DNA of 49,337 nt, taken from Candidatus Doudnabacteria bacterium. Lineage in GTDB: Bacteria > Patescibacteriota > Doudnabacteria > UBA920. Under the pieces are notes generated by a model. It was not told the origin of the DNA and made no database searches. It saw only the letters and a list, made by a program, of their open reading frames with translations. Below, one piece after another: positions 19,759 to 28,365 of this stretch (position 1 is the first letter of the stretch; every line of letters starts with the position of its first letter). The position numbers were made by a program, and so were the translations under genes. The stretch covers positions 1 through 49,337 of the forward strand of contig CAIVSE010000042.1 in assembly GCA_903908535.1 (NCBI GenBank), written 5' to 3'.

Positions 19759-20193
19759 ATGATTAAATTACATCAACTCCATAAACACCCCGCTTCCACC
19801 CACCGCCGCAAGGTTGTCGGACGCGGCTTGGGCAGCGGTAAAGGCACTTATTCCACCCGTGGCAACAAAGGCCAAACCAAGCGCACCGGCCACAGCAAAA
19901 TGCCGGCCAACTTTGAAGGCGGCCGCCAGCCACTGGTGCGCCAACTGCCCAAATCGCGCGGCTTCCGTTCTTTAAACGAAAAACCCACGGCTGTTTCTTT
20001 AAGCCGGCTTAATGTTTTTAACGACGGCGAAGTCGTGACTTTAAAAGTTTTACAGGATAAGGGCGTTGTTAAGTCCACCGTACACTTGGTTAAGATTTTA
20101 GACGGTGACATCAAAAAGCGTATTTCCACTAAGCTTCCGGTATCCAAATCGGCCAGGGCGGCCATTGAAAAAGCCGGCGGAAAAATCCTCTAA
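19759..20193 (+). CDS. rplO: 50S ribosomal protein L15
   Basis: VGRGLGSGKGTYSTRGNKGQ; starts 13 nt after rpsE, leaving no room for rpmD. Confidence 0.93.
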   Translation: MIKLHQLHKHPASTHRRKVVGRGLGSGKGTYSTRGNKGQTKRTGHSKMPANFEGGRQPLVRQLPKSRGFRSLNEKPTAVSLSRLNVFNDGEVVTLKVLQDKGVVKSTVHLVKILDGDIKKRISTKLPVSKSARAAIEKAGGKIL

Positions 20194-20199
20194 ACAAGC

Positions 20200-21480
20200 A
20201 TGAATAAGATTTCTCTCATCTGGAAAACCAAAGACCTGCGCACCAAAATTTTAATTGTGCTTGGGCTTTTGCTTATTACCCGGGTGCTCGCCCATGTGCC
20301 AATTCCCGGCGTGGACGCGGCCGGGCTGAAAAATTACCTTCAGCAGAGCCAGTTTTTGAATTTGTTGGATATATTTTCCGGCGGCGGCCTGACTAATTTT
20401 TCCATTGCCATGCTCGGCGTGGGCCCGTATATTACGGCGTCCATTATTATGCAGCTGCTGACGATTATTGTGCCTTCATTTGCCGAAATGCAAAAGGAAG
20501 GCGGCGAAGCCGGACGCGCGCAGCTTAACCAGTACACCCGCTACCTGACTATCCCGTTAGCTTTCTTGCAGGGTTTTGGCACCATCCGTTTGCTGGAAAG
20601 CCAGGGCGGTGCCTCCATTTTAGGGACCTTTACCCCGTTCCAGTGGTTTTTAACTTTGCTTTCAATTTGCGCCGGCACCATGCTGATGATGTGGATTGGC
20701 GAAATTATTTCCGAATACGACGTAGGCAACGGCATCTCCTTAATTATTTTTGCCGGCATTATTTCCCGTCTGCCTTCCAGCTTAACTTTTTTACAGGGCT
20801 GGTATGACCCCAGCAAATTGCCGGATGTGATTGGTATTGTGGCGGTATTCCTTATTGTTATTGCCGGCGTGGTTTTGGTTACGGAAGCCCAGCGGAATAT
20901 TCCCATAGCTTATGCCAAACGTGTGCGCGGTAACCAGCTGTTTGGGGGAGTGGATACGCATTTGCCGCTCCGTTTAAACCAGGCCGGGGTTATCCCGATT
21001 ATTTTTGCCATTTCTGTGATGCTGTTTCCGGCCATGATCGCGCAGTTTTTTATTAACGCTAAATCCGCGCATTTGGCTAATTTGGCGCAGCATACCATAA
21101 ATTTGTTTAATAACCAGGGCGTATTTTATGGCGTGGTTTACTTTTTGTTGATTATGGGCTTTACTTATTTTTATACCGCGGTGGTGTTTAACCCGGAAGA
21201 GATCGCCGAGAACGTGCAAAAAAACGGCGGCTTTGTGCCCGGCCTGCGCCCCGGCGCCCAAACTGCGGATTTTCTTTCCCGCGTGCTCAACAGAATTACT
21301 TTGGCCGGCGCTTTCTTTTTGGCCCTCATTGCTATTTTGCCGTTAATCCTCCAGCACTATACCGGCACCACAGCCCTAACCTTTGGCGGCACGTCTTTGC
21401 TGATTGTGGTTTCTGTGGTTATTGAAGTTATCAAGAAGATAGAAGCCCAGTTAACCATGCATGATTACGAAGGGTTTTAA
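20200..21480 (+). CDS. secY: Preprotein translocase subunit SecY
   Basis: 426 aa polytopic membrane protein; position after rplO; GVGPYITASIIMQLL motif. Confidence 0.95.
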   Translation: MNKISLIWKTKDLRTKILIVLGLLLITRVLAHVPIPGVDAAGLKNYLQQSQFLNLLDIFSGGGLTNFSIAMLGVGPYITASIIMQLLTIIVPSFAEMQKEGGEAGRAQLNQYTRYLTIPLAFLQGFGTIRLLESQGGASILGTFTPFQWFLTLLSICAGTMLMMWIGEIISEYDVGNGISLIIFAGIISRLPSSLTFLQGWYDPSKLPDVIGIVAVFLIVIAGVVLVTEAQRNIPIAYAKRVRGNQLFGGVDTHLPLRLNQAGVIPIIFAISVMLFPAMIAQFFINAKSAHLANLAQHTINLFNNQGVFYGVVYFLLIMGFTYFYTAVVFNPEEIAENVQKNGGFVPGLRPGAQTADFLSRVLNRITLAGAFFLALIAILPLILQHYTGTTALTFGGTSLLIVVSVVIEVIKKIEAQLTMHDYEGF

Positions 21481-21483
21481 CTT

Positions 21484-21539
21484 ATGGAGAGGATAACCCT
21501 AAAAGGGTTTTCCTCTCCATCGTTCGTCCCTAAAGGGAC
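21484..21539 (+). terminator. Two tandem stem-loops after secY with no T-tract
   Basis: The 37-nt hairpin ATGGAGAGGATAACCCTAAAAGGGTTTTCCTCTCCAT is near perfect (10-bp outer stem, one internal mismatch). It is followed by GTCCC-TAAA-GGGAC. Confidence 0.45.
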
Positions 21540-21594
21540 TCACTGCCTGACTTTTCCAATGATGTCCTCGGCGTGGAAGGGGATTTTTGCTATA

Positions 21595-21623
21595 TTGACA
21601 AATAATAGAAAAAAGTGTATAAT
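21595..21623 (+). promoter_or_regulatory. Sigma70-like promoter
   Basis: TTGACA, 17-nt spacer, TATAAT (consensus hexamers). Confidence 0.6.
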
Positions 21624-21652
21624 ACAGAGTCTAAATTTAGAAAGAGGGAATA

Positions 21653-21979
21653 ATGTACAAGTCCAAACGGTTTTTTAAAAGCGCAATTTGTTCTTTCATC
21701 GGCTGTGCCGGGTATTTGTATTTGTTGTGCCTGGGATGCGGCGCGATCTTTTACGTCCTGCACGTGCCGTTTGTTACCGGCGGAATGCTGGCACATGGGG
21801 CCACCATCTATGTGGTTTGTGCGCTTCTGGCATTAGGCACGGCGGCCAAATTGTTAGAAGAACACAGTGATTTGGTCGGCGCCGTGATGTTTGCAATCTT
21901 TTGGCCATATTTTTGGGACCTGTTGTTTAGGGATCCCGAAACCCTGTGGCTGGCCGCCAAAGAAAAATACAAATTCTAG
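21653..21979 (+). CDS. Small membrane protein, hypothetical
   Basis: 108 aa, three hydrophobic segments. Confidence 0.5.
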   Translation: MYKSKRFFKSAICSFIGCAGYLYLLCLGCGAIFYVLHVPFVTGGMLAHGATIYVVCALLALGTAAKLLEEHSDLVGAVMFAIFWPYFWDLLFRDPETLWLAAKEKYKF

Positions 21980-21993
21980 CGTTTCTCGCTTTG

Positions 21994-22025
21994 CAGGGCA
22001 TCTTCCGGTGCCCTGTCTTTTTTTG
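21994..22025 (+). terminator. Rho-independent terminator
   Basis: CAGGGCA...TGCCCTG followed by TCTTTTTTTT. Confidence 0.65.
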
Positions 22026-22041
22026 CTATAATAAGGTTACT

Positions 22042-22587
22042 ATGTTTGAAGTCGAGAGTAAGATCTTAAATATTGATGCTATCCAGATTTGTCAAAAACT
22101 GGGTGATTTAGGCGCGAAAAAAATTGACGAGACTAAGCTGGTTGTGGATTGGTACGGGCCTGTAGGCTTAACGCACAACGGCGACGATCCTTGGTTTTTG
22201 CGGATCCGTTCCGCCTCTGACGGCAAGTCGGAACTTACCTGGAAGGGTATTTCAGACCATATTGGTCAATCCAGGAAGACAGAGGAAATTAATTTTACTG
22301 TTTCTTCGCCGGAGCGGGCTGGTGAGTTTTTACAGGCATTGGAATTGGAGCATTACGCGCACCAGGAAAAATTGCGGACATCGTTTATTTTTAAAGACTG
22401 GCGGTTTGATATCGATCAATACCCGGGTATGCCGCCTTTTGTGGAAATAGAAGGGGAGAGCGCTGATCATGTGGCGGAAGCTATAAAATTATTGGAATTA
22501 ACGAATAATAAAACCTGGAACCAAGGTGAGCGTATGTTGGTGCAGGATGAGTATAAATTAAATTGGTTTAATATGAAATTTGGCTAA
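22042..22587 (+). CDS. CYTH-domain (triphosphate tunnel metalloenzyme / CyaB-like) protein 1
   Basis: ATG at 22042 gives MFEVESK, containing the N-terminal ExExK signature; 181 aa. Confidence 0.7.
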   Translation: MFEVESKILNIDAIQICQKLGDLGAKKIDETKLVVDWYGPVGLTHNGDDPWFLRIRSASDGKSELTWKGISDHIGQSRKTEEINFTVSSPERAGEFLQALELEHYAHQEKLRTSFIFKDWRFDIDQYPGMPPFVEIEGESADHVAEAIKLLELTNNKTWNQGERMLVQDEYKLNWFNMKFG

Positions 22588-22623
22588 ATGGACGTCAAAT
22601 ACAAGGTATGATAATATATATTT

Positions 22624-22818
22624 ATGGCAATAGATTGGACAAAAAATTTTAAAAAATATAAGGGTTTGTGGGTGGCTTTAAAAAATGACCAGTTTACTGT
22701 TGTTGCCAGTGGTCAAAGCGTTAAAGACGTTTTGCTTAAAGCTAAAAATAAAGGAAATAACGATCCTATTCTTTTTAGGGTACCCAGCCAAATTATCCCT
22801 CAAATCGGCATGATTTAA
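22624..22818 (+). CDS. DUF5678-like small protein
   Basis: 64 aa; YKGLWVALKNDQ.VVASG.S.KDVL.KAK pattern recalled from the DUF5678 family. Confidence 0.5.
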   Translation: MAIDWTKNFKKYKGLWVALKNDQFTVVASGQSVKDVLLKAKNKGNNDPILFRVPSQIIPQIGMI

Positions 22819-22823
22819 AATAA

Positions 22824-23258
22824 ATGAAATTCTCTTATCTTAAATTTCCACTGCCGCGGAAGTACGACTTCTTCGGCAGTTCTGTTTTAAAGCCGGTTGT
22901 CCCAGTGCGCATAACATGTGGAGACATGTCTTTACAATACAACGCTCTTATAGATTCGGGCGCCGATTTTTCTATTTTTCATTCAGAAATTGGCGAGGCA
23001 CTTGGGCTAAATATCAGCGGCGGTTTAAAGGTTGGCTTTGGTGGTGTGCAAAAAGACGTTTTGGCCGGAGCTTATTTGCATATGGTCACCTTAACCGTTG
23101 GGGAATACAAATTTAAAACAATGGCTGCTTTTTCTAACGACATATCTAAAAAGAGTTATGGAATATTGGGACAAAGAGGATTTTTTGATTTATTTAGCGT
23201 GAAATTTGATTATAAAAAAGAAGAAATAGAATTAAAACCCAAAAATATATTTTTATGA
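22824..23258 (+). CDS. Retropepsin-like (clan AA) aspartic protease
   Basis: ALIDSGADFSIF carries the D-S-G-A active-site signature; about 140 aa; ILGQRGFF near the C-terminus. Confidence 0.7.
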   Translation: MKFSYLKFPLPRKYDFFGSSVLKPVVPVRITCGDMSLQYNALIDSGADFSIFHSEIGEALGLNISGGLKVGFGGVQKDVLAGAYLHMVTLTVGEYKFKTMAAFSNDISKKSYGILGQRGFFDLFSVKFDYKKEEIELKPKNIFL

Positions 23259-23797
23259 AAGAGGTAGAAATTAAAATCCAAATAATCAATCCGGAAGAGA
23301 TTATAAAGACACTGGAGAATAACGGTTGCGTTTTTTCTGAACCAATTGTCCAGAGGGATACCGTTTATATCCCCAATGAGCAATTAACTGTTCCGGTGCC
23401 GCCGGAGGTAAATGTTTTAAGGATACGCAGGCAAAAGGACAAAATCTTTTTAACTTTAAAGCGCCCGGATGTTAATAATCATTTATCTAAATTGGAGCAT
23501 GAGCTTGAAATTGCTGATGCTGAGCAAATGACAGAAATTATTAAACTGCTTGGTTTTAAAGTCGTTGCCGATACCACGAAAACGCGGAGAAAGTGCAAAA
23601 TTAACGATTATGAAATTTGCGTGGACCATGTGGAAGGTCTTGGAGACTTTTTAGAAATGGAAAAAATTACAGATGAAGATCCTTTAGTGGTGCAAAATGC
23701 TCTGCTGGAGTTTTTATTAAAATTAAAAATAGACACAAGCCAAAAAATGGATGTTGGCTACGATGTTTTGTATGTGAGGAAGCATGGAATTAAATGA
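23255..23797 (+). CDS. CYTH-domain protein 2
   Basis: MKEVEIKIQI carries the ExExK signature; 180 aa; ATGA overlap with the protease gene. Confidence 0.7.
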   Translation: MKEVEIKIQIINPEEIIKTLENNGCVFSEPIVQRDTVYIPNEQLTVPVPPEVNVLRIRRQKDKIFLTLKRPDVNNHLSKLEHELEIADAEQMTEIIKLLGFKVVADTTKTRRKCKINDYEICVDHVEGLGDFLEMEKITDEDPLVVQNALLEFLLKLKIDTSQKMDVGYDVLYVRKHGIK

Positions 23798-24149
23798 TTT
23801 TGAAAACTTGGTTACCCAGGCTGTGGCGGCGTTGCCGGAATCTATTAGGCAAAAAATGGATAATGTGGCCATAACTGTGGAAGAAGGCGACTCGCCCAAC
23901 AATTCTTTGTTCGGGCTTTACCACGGCGTGTCGCAGTTAAACCGCGGTTCTTCTTATGGTATGGGTATGGTTATGCCCGACAAAATTACTATTTGGAAGG
24001 GGACTATAGAACGCTTTGCCGGTGGGGAAGCCAATATTCCGGCCCTGGTTAGGCGCGTGGTCTGGCACGAAATTGGCCATCATTTTGGTTTTGATGAATC
24101 GCAAATTAGGAAATTGGAGCAAAAATGGGCGAGCGAGGGGAAGGTTTAA
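23784..24149 (+). CDS. Minimal zinc metallopeptidase family protein
   Basis: WHEIGHHFGFDE (HExxH); 121 aa; overlaps the upstream CYTH gene by 14 nt. Confidence 0.7.
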   Translation: MELNDFENLVTQAVAALPESIRQKMDNVAITVEEGDSPNNSLFGLYHGVSQLNRGSSYGMGMVMPDKITIWKGTIERFAGGEANIPALVRRVVWHEIGHHFGFDESQIRKLEQKWASEGKV

Positions 24150-24193
24150 TTGAATTTGCGTATTTTGCCGGTTTCTGGTATAATTTAGGCATC

Positions 24194-24595
24194 ATGGACA
24201 TACAAGATAAAAAAAATAACCCAAATTATAAATATCCTGAATTTGTTACTCCTAATGACAGCATTAAGAGCGGGGTTGAGGCAGAACAACCGGAACAGAT
24301 ACAAGCATCCGAAACTGCGGATTTAGAAACTGTCCGGGGAGCTGCATTAGAACAGCCAGCTCCGTCAGTTGTTACGCCGGATTTGGCAGCCAGGCCGACA
24401 GAAGCCATGACGGCAAAAGAACTGACCGATTTAGGATTAGACGCGTCTATGGCCGCAGCGGCCACTCCTGACCGAGAAAAAGTTCTGCTTAATGCTTTAA
24501 TAGAAACCAAGCTTGATGCTGGATCCGGTCAGGTCGGCACTCAGCTAAACGAATTGCAGGATTTAGCCTTTGGGCCTGACGGAAAGAAAGAATAA
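24194..24595 (+). CDS. Acidic low-complexity hypothetical protein
   Basis: ATG at 24194, downstream of TATAAT at about 24177; 133 aa. Confidence 0.4.
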   Translation: MDIQDKKNNPNYKYPEFVTPNDSIKSGVEAEQPEQIQASETADLETVRGAALEQPAPSVVTPDLAARPTEAMTAKELTDLGLDASMAAAATPDREKVLLNALIETKLDAGSGQVGTQLNELQDLAFGPDGKKE

Positions 24596-24627
24596 TATTT
24601 ACCTTAGACAAAAACCAACGCTAAATA

Positions 24628-27168
24628 ATGCCGGTACAGCTTTCAACTTTTAATATCGCGCTGCTGATACTTTCCGCACTCATTGTGGTTTTTATAGCGG
24701 TATTTTTTTATTTTTACCGTCGGCACATTTACCATACCAAGCATATTATTCCGCGGACCATGGACTGGGTGTTTTTGGAAATTCTCATGCCCAAGGAAAA
24801 TTCCGACGACAATGTAGACAAGCAAAAGAGTGACGAAGAAAAGAAGAATATGATTGCCGTGGGCGAACAATTGTTCACCACTTTGTCCGAGTCAGGCGAA
24901 AGCAAAGGCTGGCTGGCTGGCAAAGATTATTATAGTTTTGAGATTGCCTGCACCCAAAAAAAAGTTTCTTTTTATGTTAACTGCCCGCGGCATTTGCAGC
25001 AATTGGTGGAAAAACAGGTCCAGGCCCAGTATCCGCATGCTTTTATTGAACAGGTCAAAGGCTATAACCCGTTTATAAAAGGCGGCCAGGTGGAGGTGGA
25101 AGAATTACAGCTGGCCAAACAGGATGTTTATCCGTTCCGGACTTACAAAAACATTGAGACCGATCCGCTGAATTCCCTGACCAATGCCATGAGCAAGCTG
25201 GACGAAAACGAAGGCGCGGCTATCCAGTATATCATCAGTCCGGCCGGTACCGCCTGGCAGGGCCGGCCAAGGCACATGGCGCTGGAAATCCAGCAGGGCA
25301 AAAGCCCGGAATACGTGGAGCGCGGCCATCTATACAGGCTGATGAAGGAAGTCACTCACGGCATTGGCCAAACCGTGAGGGGAAACAACAACCAGGAACA
25401 ATCGCATTCCCATAAAGATTTAAGCGGTATTTACAGTCCCATCCAGCTGACGCCTATGCAGCAGGAAATGGTCAAGCGTTTGGAAGAAAAAGCCAGCCGT
25501 CCGGGGTATGAGGTTAATGTCAGGCTGGTGACGTCTTCCGGCACGCCGGGCAACAGCAAACTTCACATGCGCAATTTGCTGGCTGCCTTTTTGCAATTTA
25601 ACATGTCCCCGTTTAATGGTTTTAAAATTTTAAAAACCAATAAGAACGGTTTACTGAAAGATTTTATTTTCCGAATCTTTCGCCAGCATCATAACGCCAT
25701 TTTAAATACCGAAGAGCTGGCCACATTGTGGCATTTACCCACTCCGTATATAGAAACCCCGAATATTAAATGGCTGATAAGTAAAAAAGCCCCGCCGCCC
25801 ATTAACGCGCCGAAAGAAGGCGTGCTCCTGGGCAAAAATATTTACCGCGGCCAGGAAACGCCCATCCGTATGGCGCGCGACGACCGGCGCCGCCACACTT
25901 ATATTTTGGGCCGTACCGGCGGCGGAAAATCCGTTTTGTTGGCCAATATGGCCATCCAGGACATTAAAAATGGCGAGGGTATTTGCGTAATAGATCCGCA
26001 CGGCGATTTGGTGCAGGATATTTTGGCGCGCGCGCCCAAGGAGCGGGCCGAAGATATTGTGGTCTTTGAGCCGTTTGATATGGACCGGCCGGTGGGACTG
26101 AACATGCTGGAGGTGGACGGCGAGGAGCAAAAAGATTTTGCCGTGCAGGAAATGATCCAGATTTTTTACAAACTGGTGACCGATCCGGCCATGCTGGGCC
26201 CCATGTTTGAGCATAATATGCGCAACGCCATGTTAACTCTGATGGCGGACGAAGAACATCCCGGTACCATCACCGACATCACCAGGATTTTTACCGACAC
26301 CGACTTCCAAAAATACAAGGTCAATAAACTGAAAGATCCGGTGGTGCGGCTATTTTGGGAAAAAGAAATGGCCAAGACGTCGGACTTCCATAAGTCGGAA
26401 ATGCTTGGCTACCTTATCTCCAAAGTCGGCCGGTTCGTGGAAAACGCCATGATGCGCAACATTGTGGGGCAGTCCAAGTCCGGGTTTAACTTTCGGAAGA
26501 TAATGGATGAAGGCAAAGTGCTATTGGTTAATTTATCCAAGGGACGGACAGGCGAAATTAATGCCAAACTTCTTGGATTGATTTTTGTCAGCAAAATCCA
26601 GATGGCGGCCATGTCGCGCGCCGACATGCCGGAAGACCAGCGCAAGGACTTTTATCTTTATGTGGATGAGTTCCAGAATTTTATTACCGACGCGTTTTCT
26701 TCCATACTTTCGGAAGCCAGGAAATATAAATTGAATTTAATAATTGCGCACCAATATTTGGGCCAGCTGGAGCAGGCGGCCGGGGCGCAGGGGGCGGGCA
26801 GTAAGGATTTGCGTGATGCCGTGTTCGGTAATGCCGGGACCATGATTACTTTTAGGACCGGCGCGGAAGATGCCGAGGTTTTGGCCAAGGAGTTCGCGCC
26901 GACCTTTAATGAGTTTGATTTGGTTAATATTGAGCGTTATACCACTTACATAAAAATGATGATTAACGGCACGGCCAGCAAGCCCTTTAACATGGCCACT
27001 TACCCTTTGCCGAACGAAGCCAGTTTGGAGACGGCCCAGGCCATTAGGCAGTTGTCGAGGTTGAAATATGGCCGGCCCAGGGCCGAAGTGGAGGCTGAAC
27101 TTTTGGAAGCCGGACAGGTGGCGGAGATGATGTCCGCAGGTCCAGCCAGCGTGGAAAGAGGCTTATAA
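24628..27168 (+). CDS. Membrane-anchored TraD/VirD4/FtsK-like P-loop ATPase
   Basis: N-terminal TM segment; Walker A GRTGGGKS; Walker B-like FYLYVDEFQNF; ARKYKLNLIIAHQ. Confidence 0.75.
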   Translation: MPVQLSTFNIALLILSALIVVFIAVFFYFYRRHIYHTKHIIPRTMDWVFLEILMPKENSDDNVDKQKSDEEKKNMIAVGEQLFTTLSESGESKGWLAGKDYYSFEIACTQKKVSFYVNCPRHLQQLVEKQVQAQYPHAFIEQVKGYNPFIKGGQVEVEELQLAKQDVYPFRTYKNIETDPLNSLTNAMSKLDENEGAAIQYIISPAGTAWQGRPRHMALEIQQGKSPEYVERGHLYRLMKEVTHGIGQTVRGNNNQEQSHSHKDLSGIYSPIQLTPMQQEMVKRLEEKASRPGYEVNVRLVTSSGTPGNSKLHMRNLLAAFLQFNMSPFNGFKILKTNKNGLLKDFIFRIFRQHHNAILNTEELATLWHLPTPYIETPNIKWLISKKAPPPINAPKEGVLLGKNIYRGQETPIRMARDDRRRHTYILGRTGGGKSVLLANMAIQDIKNGEGICVIDPHGDLVQDILARAPKERAEDIVVFEPFDMDRPVGLNMLEVDGEEQKDFAVQEMIQIFYKLVTDPAMLGPMFEHNMRNAMLTLMADEEHPGTITDITRIFTDTDFQKYKVNKLKDPVVRLFWEKEMAKTSDFHKSEMLGYLISKVGRFVENAMMRNIVGQSKSGFNFRKIMDEGKVLLVNLSKGRTGEINAKLLGLIFVSKIQMAAMSRADMPEDQRKDFYLYVDEFQNFITDAFSSILSEARKYKLNLIIAHQYLGQLEQAAGAQGAGSKDLRDAVFGNAGTMITFRTGAEDAEVLAKEFAPTFNEFDLVNIERYTTYIKMMINGTASKPFNMATYPLPNEASLETAQAIRQLSRLKYGRPRAEVEAELLEAGQVAEMMSAGPASVERGL

Positions 27169-27265
27169 TTATGATATAATACAGTTTAATAGTCCCGCCA
27201 GACCTTAATTTTCCCTTAGTCCGTCCGTGGTATTAAAAATTAAGGTCCAGTGCAGGGTAACTCAT

Positions 27266-27514
27266 ATGTCTGAAGAAAACTATATCCACATATTTTGCAT
27301 GTTCCTGGCCGACCTATTGGATAACAATCAAGTTACCACCGAGGACATGAACACTATTTTGTCGGAATTTACTAAAGTTGCGCAGGACATTAAGTCGCGG
27401 GAAGATTTATTAAAATTTTTATCTGAACATACAGGGGCTGACTATCCCGAATTTAGTCCTTTGGCAGAACAATTAAAAGATCCTTTCCACGCTTTTATCT
27501 TTAATAACGAATAA
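27266..27514 (+). CDS. Small acidic hypothetical protein
   Basis: ATG at 27266 follows a 12-bp-stem leader hairpin; 82 aa. Confidence 0.4.
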   Translation: MSEENYIHIFCMFLADLLDNNQVTTEDMNTILSEFTKVAQDIKSREDLLKFLSEHTGADYPEFSPLAEQLKDPFHAFIFNNE

Positions 27515-27517
27515 CAT

Positions 27518-27850
27518 ATGGCAAATCCAGAACATGGCGGCCACCACGAAGTGCCGCATGCCGTACACAAGGCTGAAAAAGGCGGACATGATCACGGCCA
27601 CGAAAAAAAAGGCGGCAAGGAAAGTTTCAGGAGCATGATAGGAAAGCACCTGCGGACTATTTTTTCTTTCACGGCTTTATTTGCTTTGTCCAATATGGTA
27701 TCCCAGGACATTGCCAAACCGATTGTTTTTGAAACTGCGAAGGGCGCTATGGAAACCCCGGCGCGCATAGTGGCACAGGCGGCTTCCAAAGCCGGCGAGT
27801 CCGGCGGTGGGCATGGCTCTCACGGAGGCGGGCACGGGGGAGGGCATTAA
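27518..27850 (+). CDS. His/Gly-rich protein with a central hydrophobic segment
   Basis: HGGHHEVPHAVHKAEKGGHDHGHEKKGG at the N-terminus and GGGHGSHGGGHGGGH at the C-terminus. Confidence 0.5.
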   Translation: MANPEHGGHHEVPHAVHKAEKGGHDHGHEKKGGKESFRSMIGKHLRTIFSFTALFALSNMVSQDIAKPIVFETAKGAMETPARIVAQAASKAGESGGGHGSHGGGHGGGH

Positions 27851-27853
27851 ATA

Positions 27854-28279
27854 ATGGACAACAAGACTATTGTTTCCCTGTTCCTGTCAGAAATCATCCG
27901 CAGCCGCAATACACCCATTCCGCGTATGGCGGAAATTTCCGGTGATGTGGTGGAAGCCATGCAAAAATTGCGTGATGATGAAACGGAAATGCTCTGTCTG
28001 CTCCGTCAGCTGGAAAAAGATTTTCAGGGGGCGGTAGCCTTAAAACAAACCCTGCACGCTGGTCACAGCAGGAATGAGGTCAGAATTTTTGATCAGGAGA
28101 TCCGCGAGTATGCCGCGGAGTTATTTAAGACCAATTTGGTGGCCTCCGCCGCCTTTTTGCGCGACGCGGCCGACTGCGCTTCTATGGACAAGCTTTGCCG
28201 GCAATATCCGGAATTTAACCAGTTTTTAAACGCTAAAACCGATAAAGCCCCTTTGCTTAAAGGCCTTTTGGCGGGGTGA
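27854..28279 (+). CDS. Hypothetical protein
   Basis: 141-aa ORF tightly packed after the His-rich gene. Confidence 0.4.
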   Translation: MDNKTIVSLFLSEIIRSRNTPIPRMAEISGDVVEAMQKLRDDETEMLCLLRQLEKDFQGAVALKQTLHAGHSRNEVRIFDQEIREYAAELFKTNLVASAAFLRDAADCASMDKLCRQYPEFNQFLNAKTDKAPLLKGLLAG

Positions 28280-28365
28280 GGGTTTTCCACTTTTGCCTTT
28301 TTGCCGTTTGTGCTATAATAAACGCAGATTGTTTACCGTGCCGAAATAAAAAGAAAATCAAAATA

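Noticed and set aside
21484-21678. 64-aa plus-strand ORF after secY
   Set aside because: It begins inside the 37-nt hairpin and spans the promoter of the next gene, so it is unlikely to be coding.
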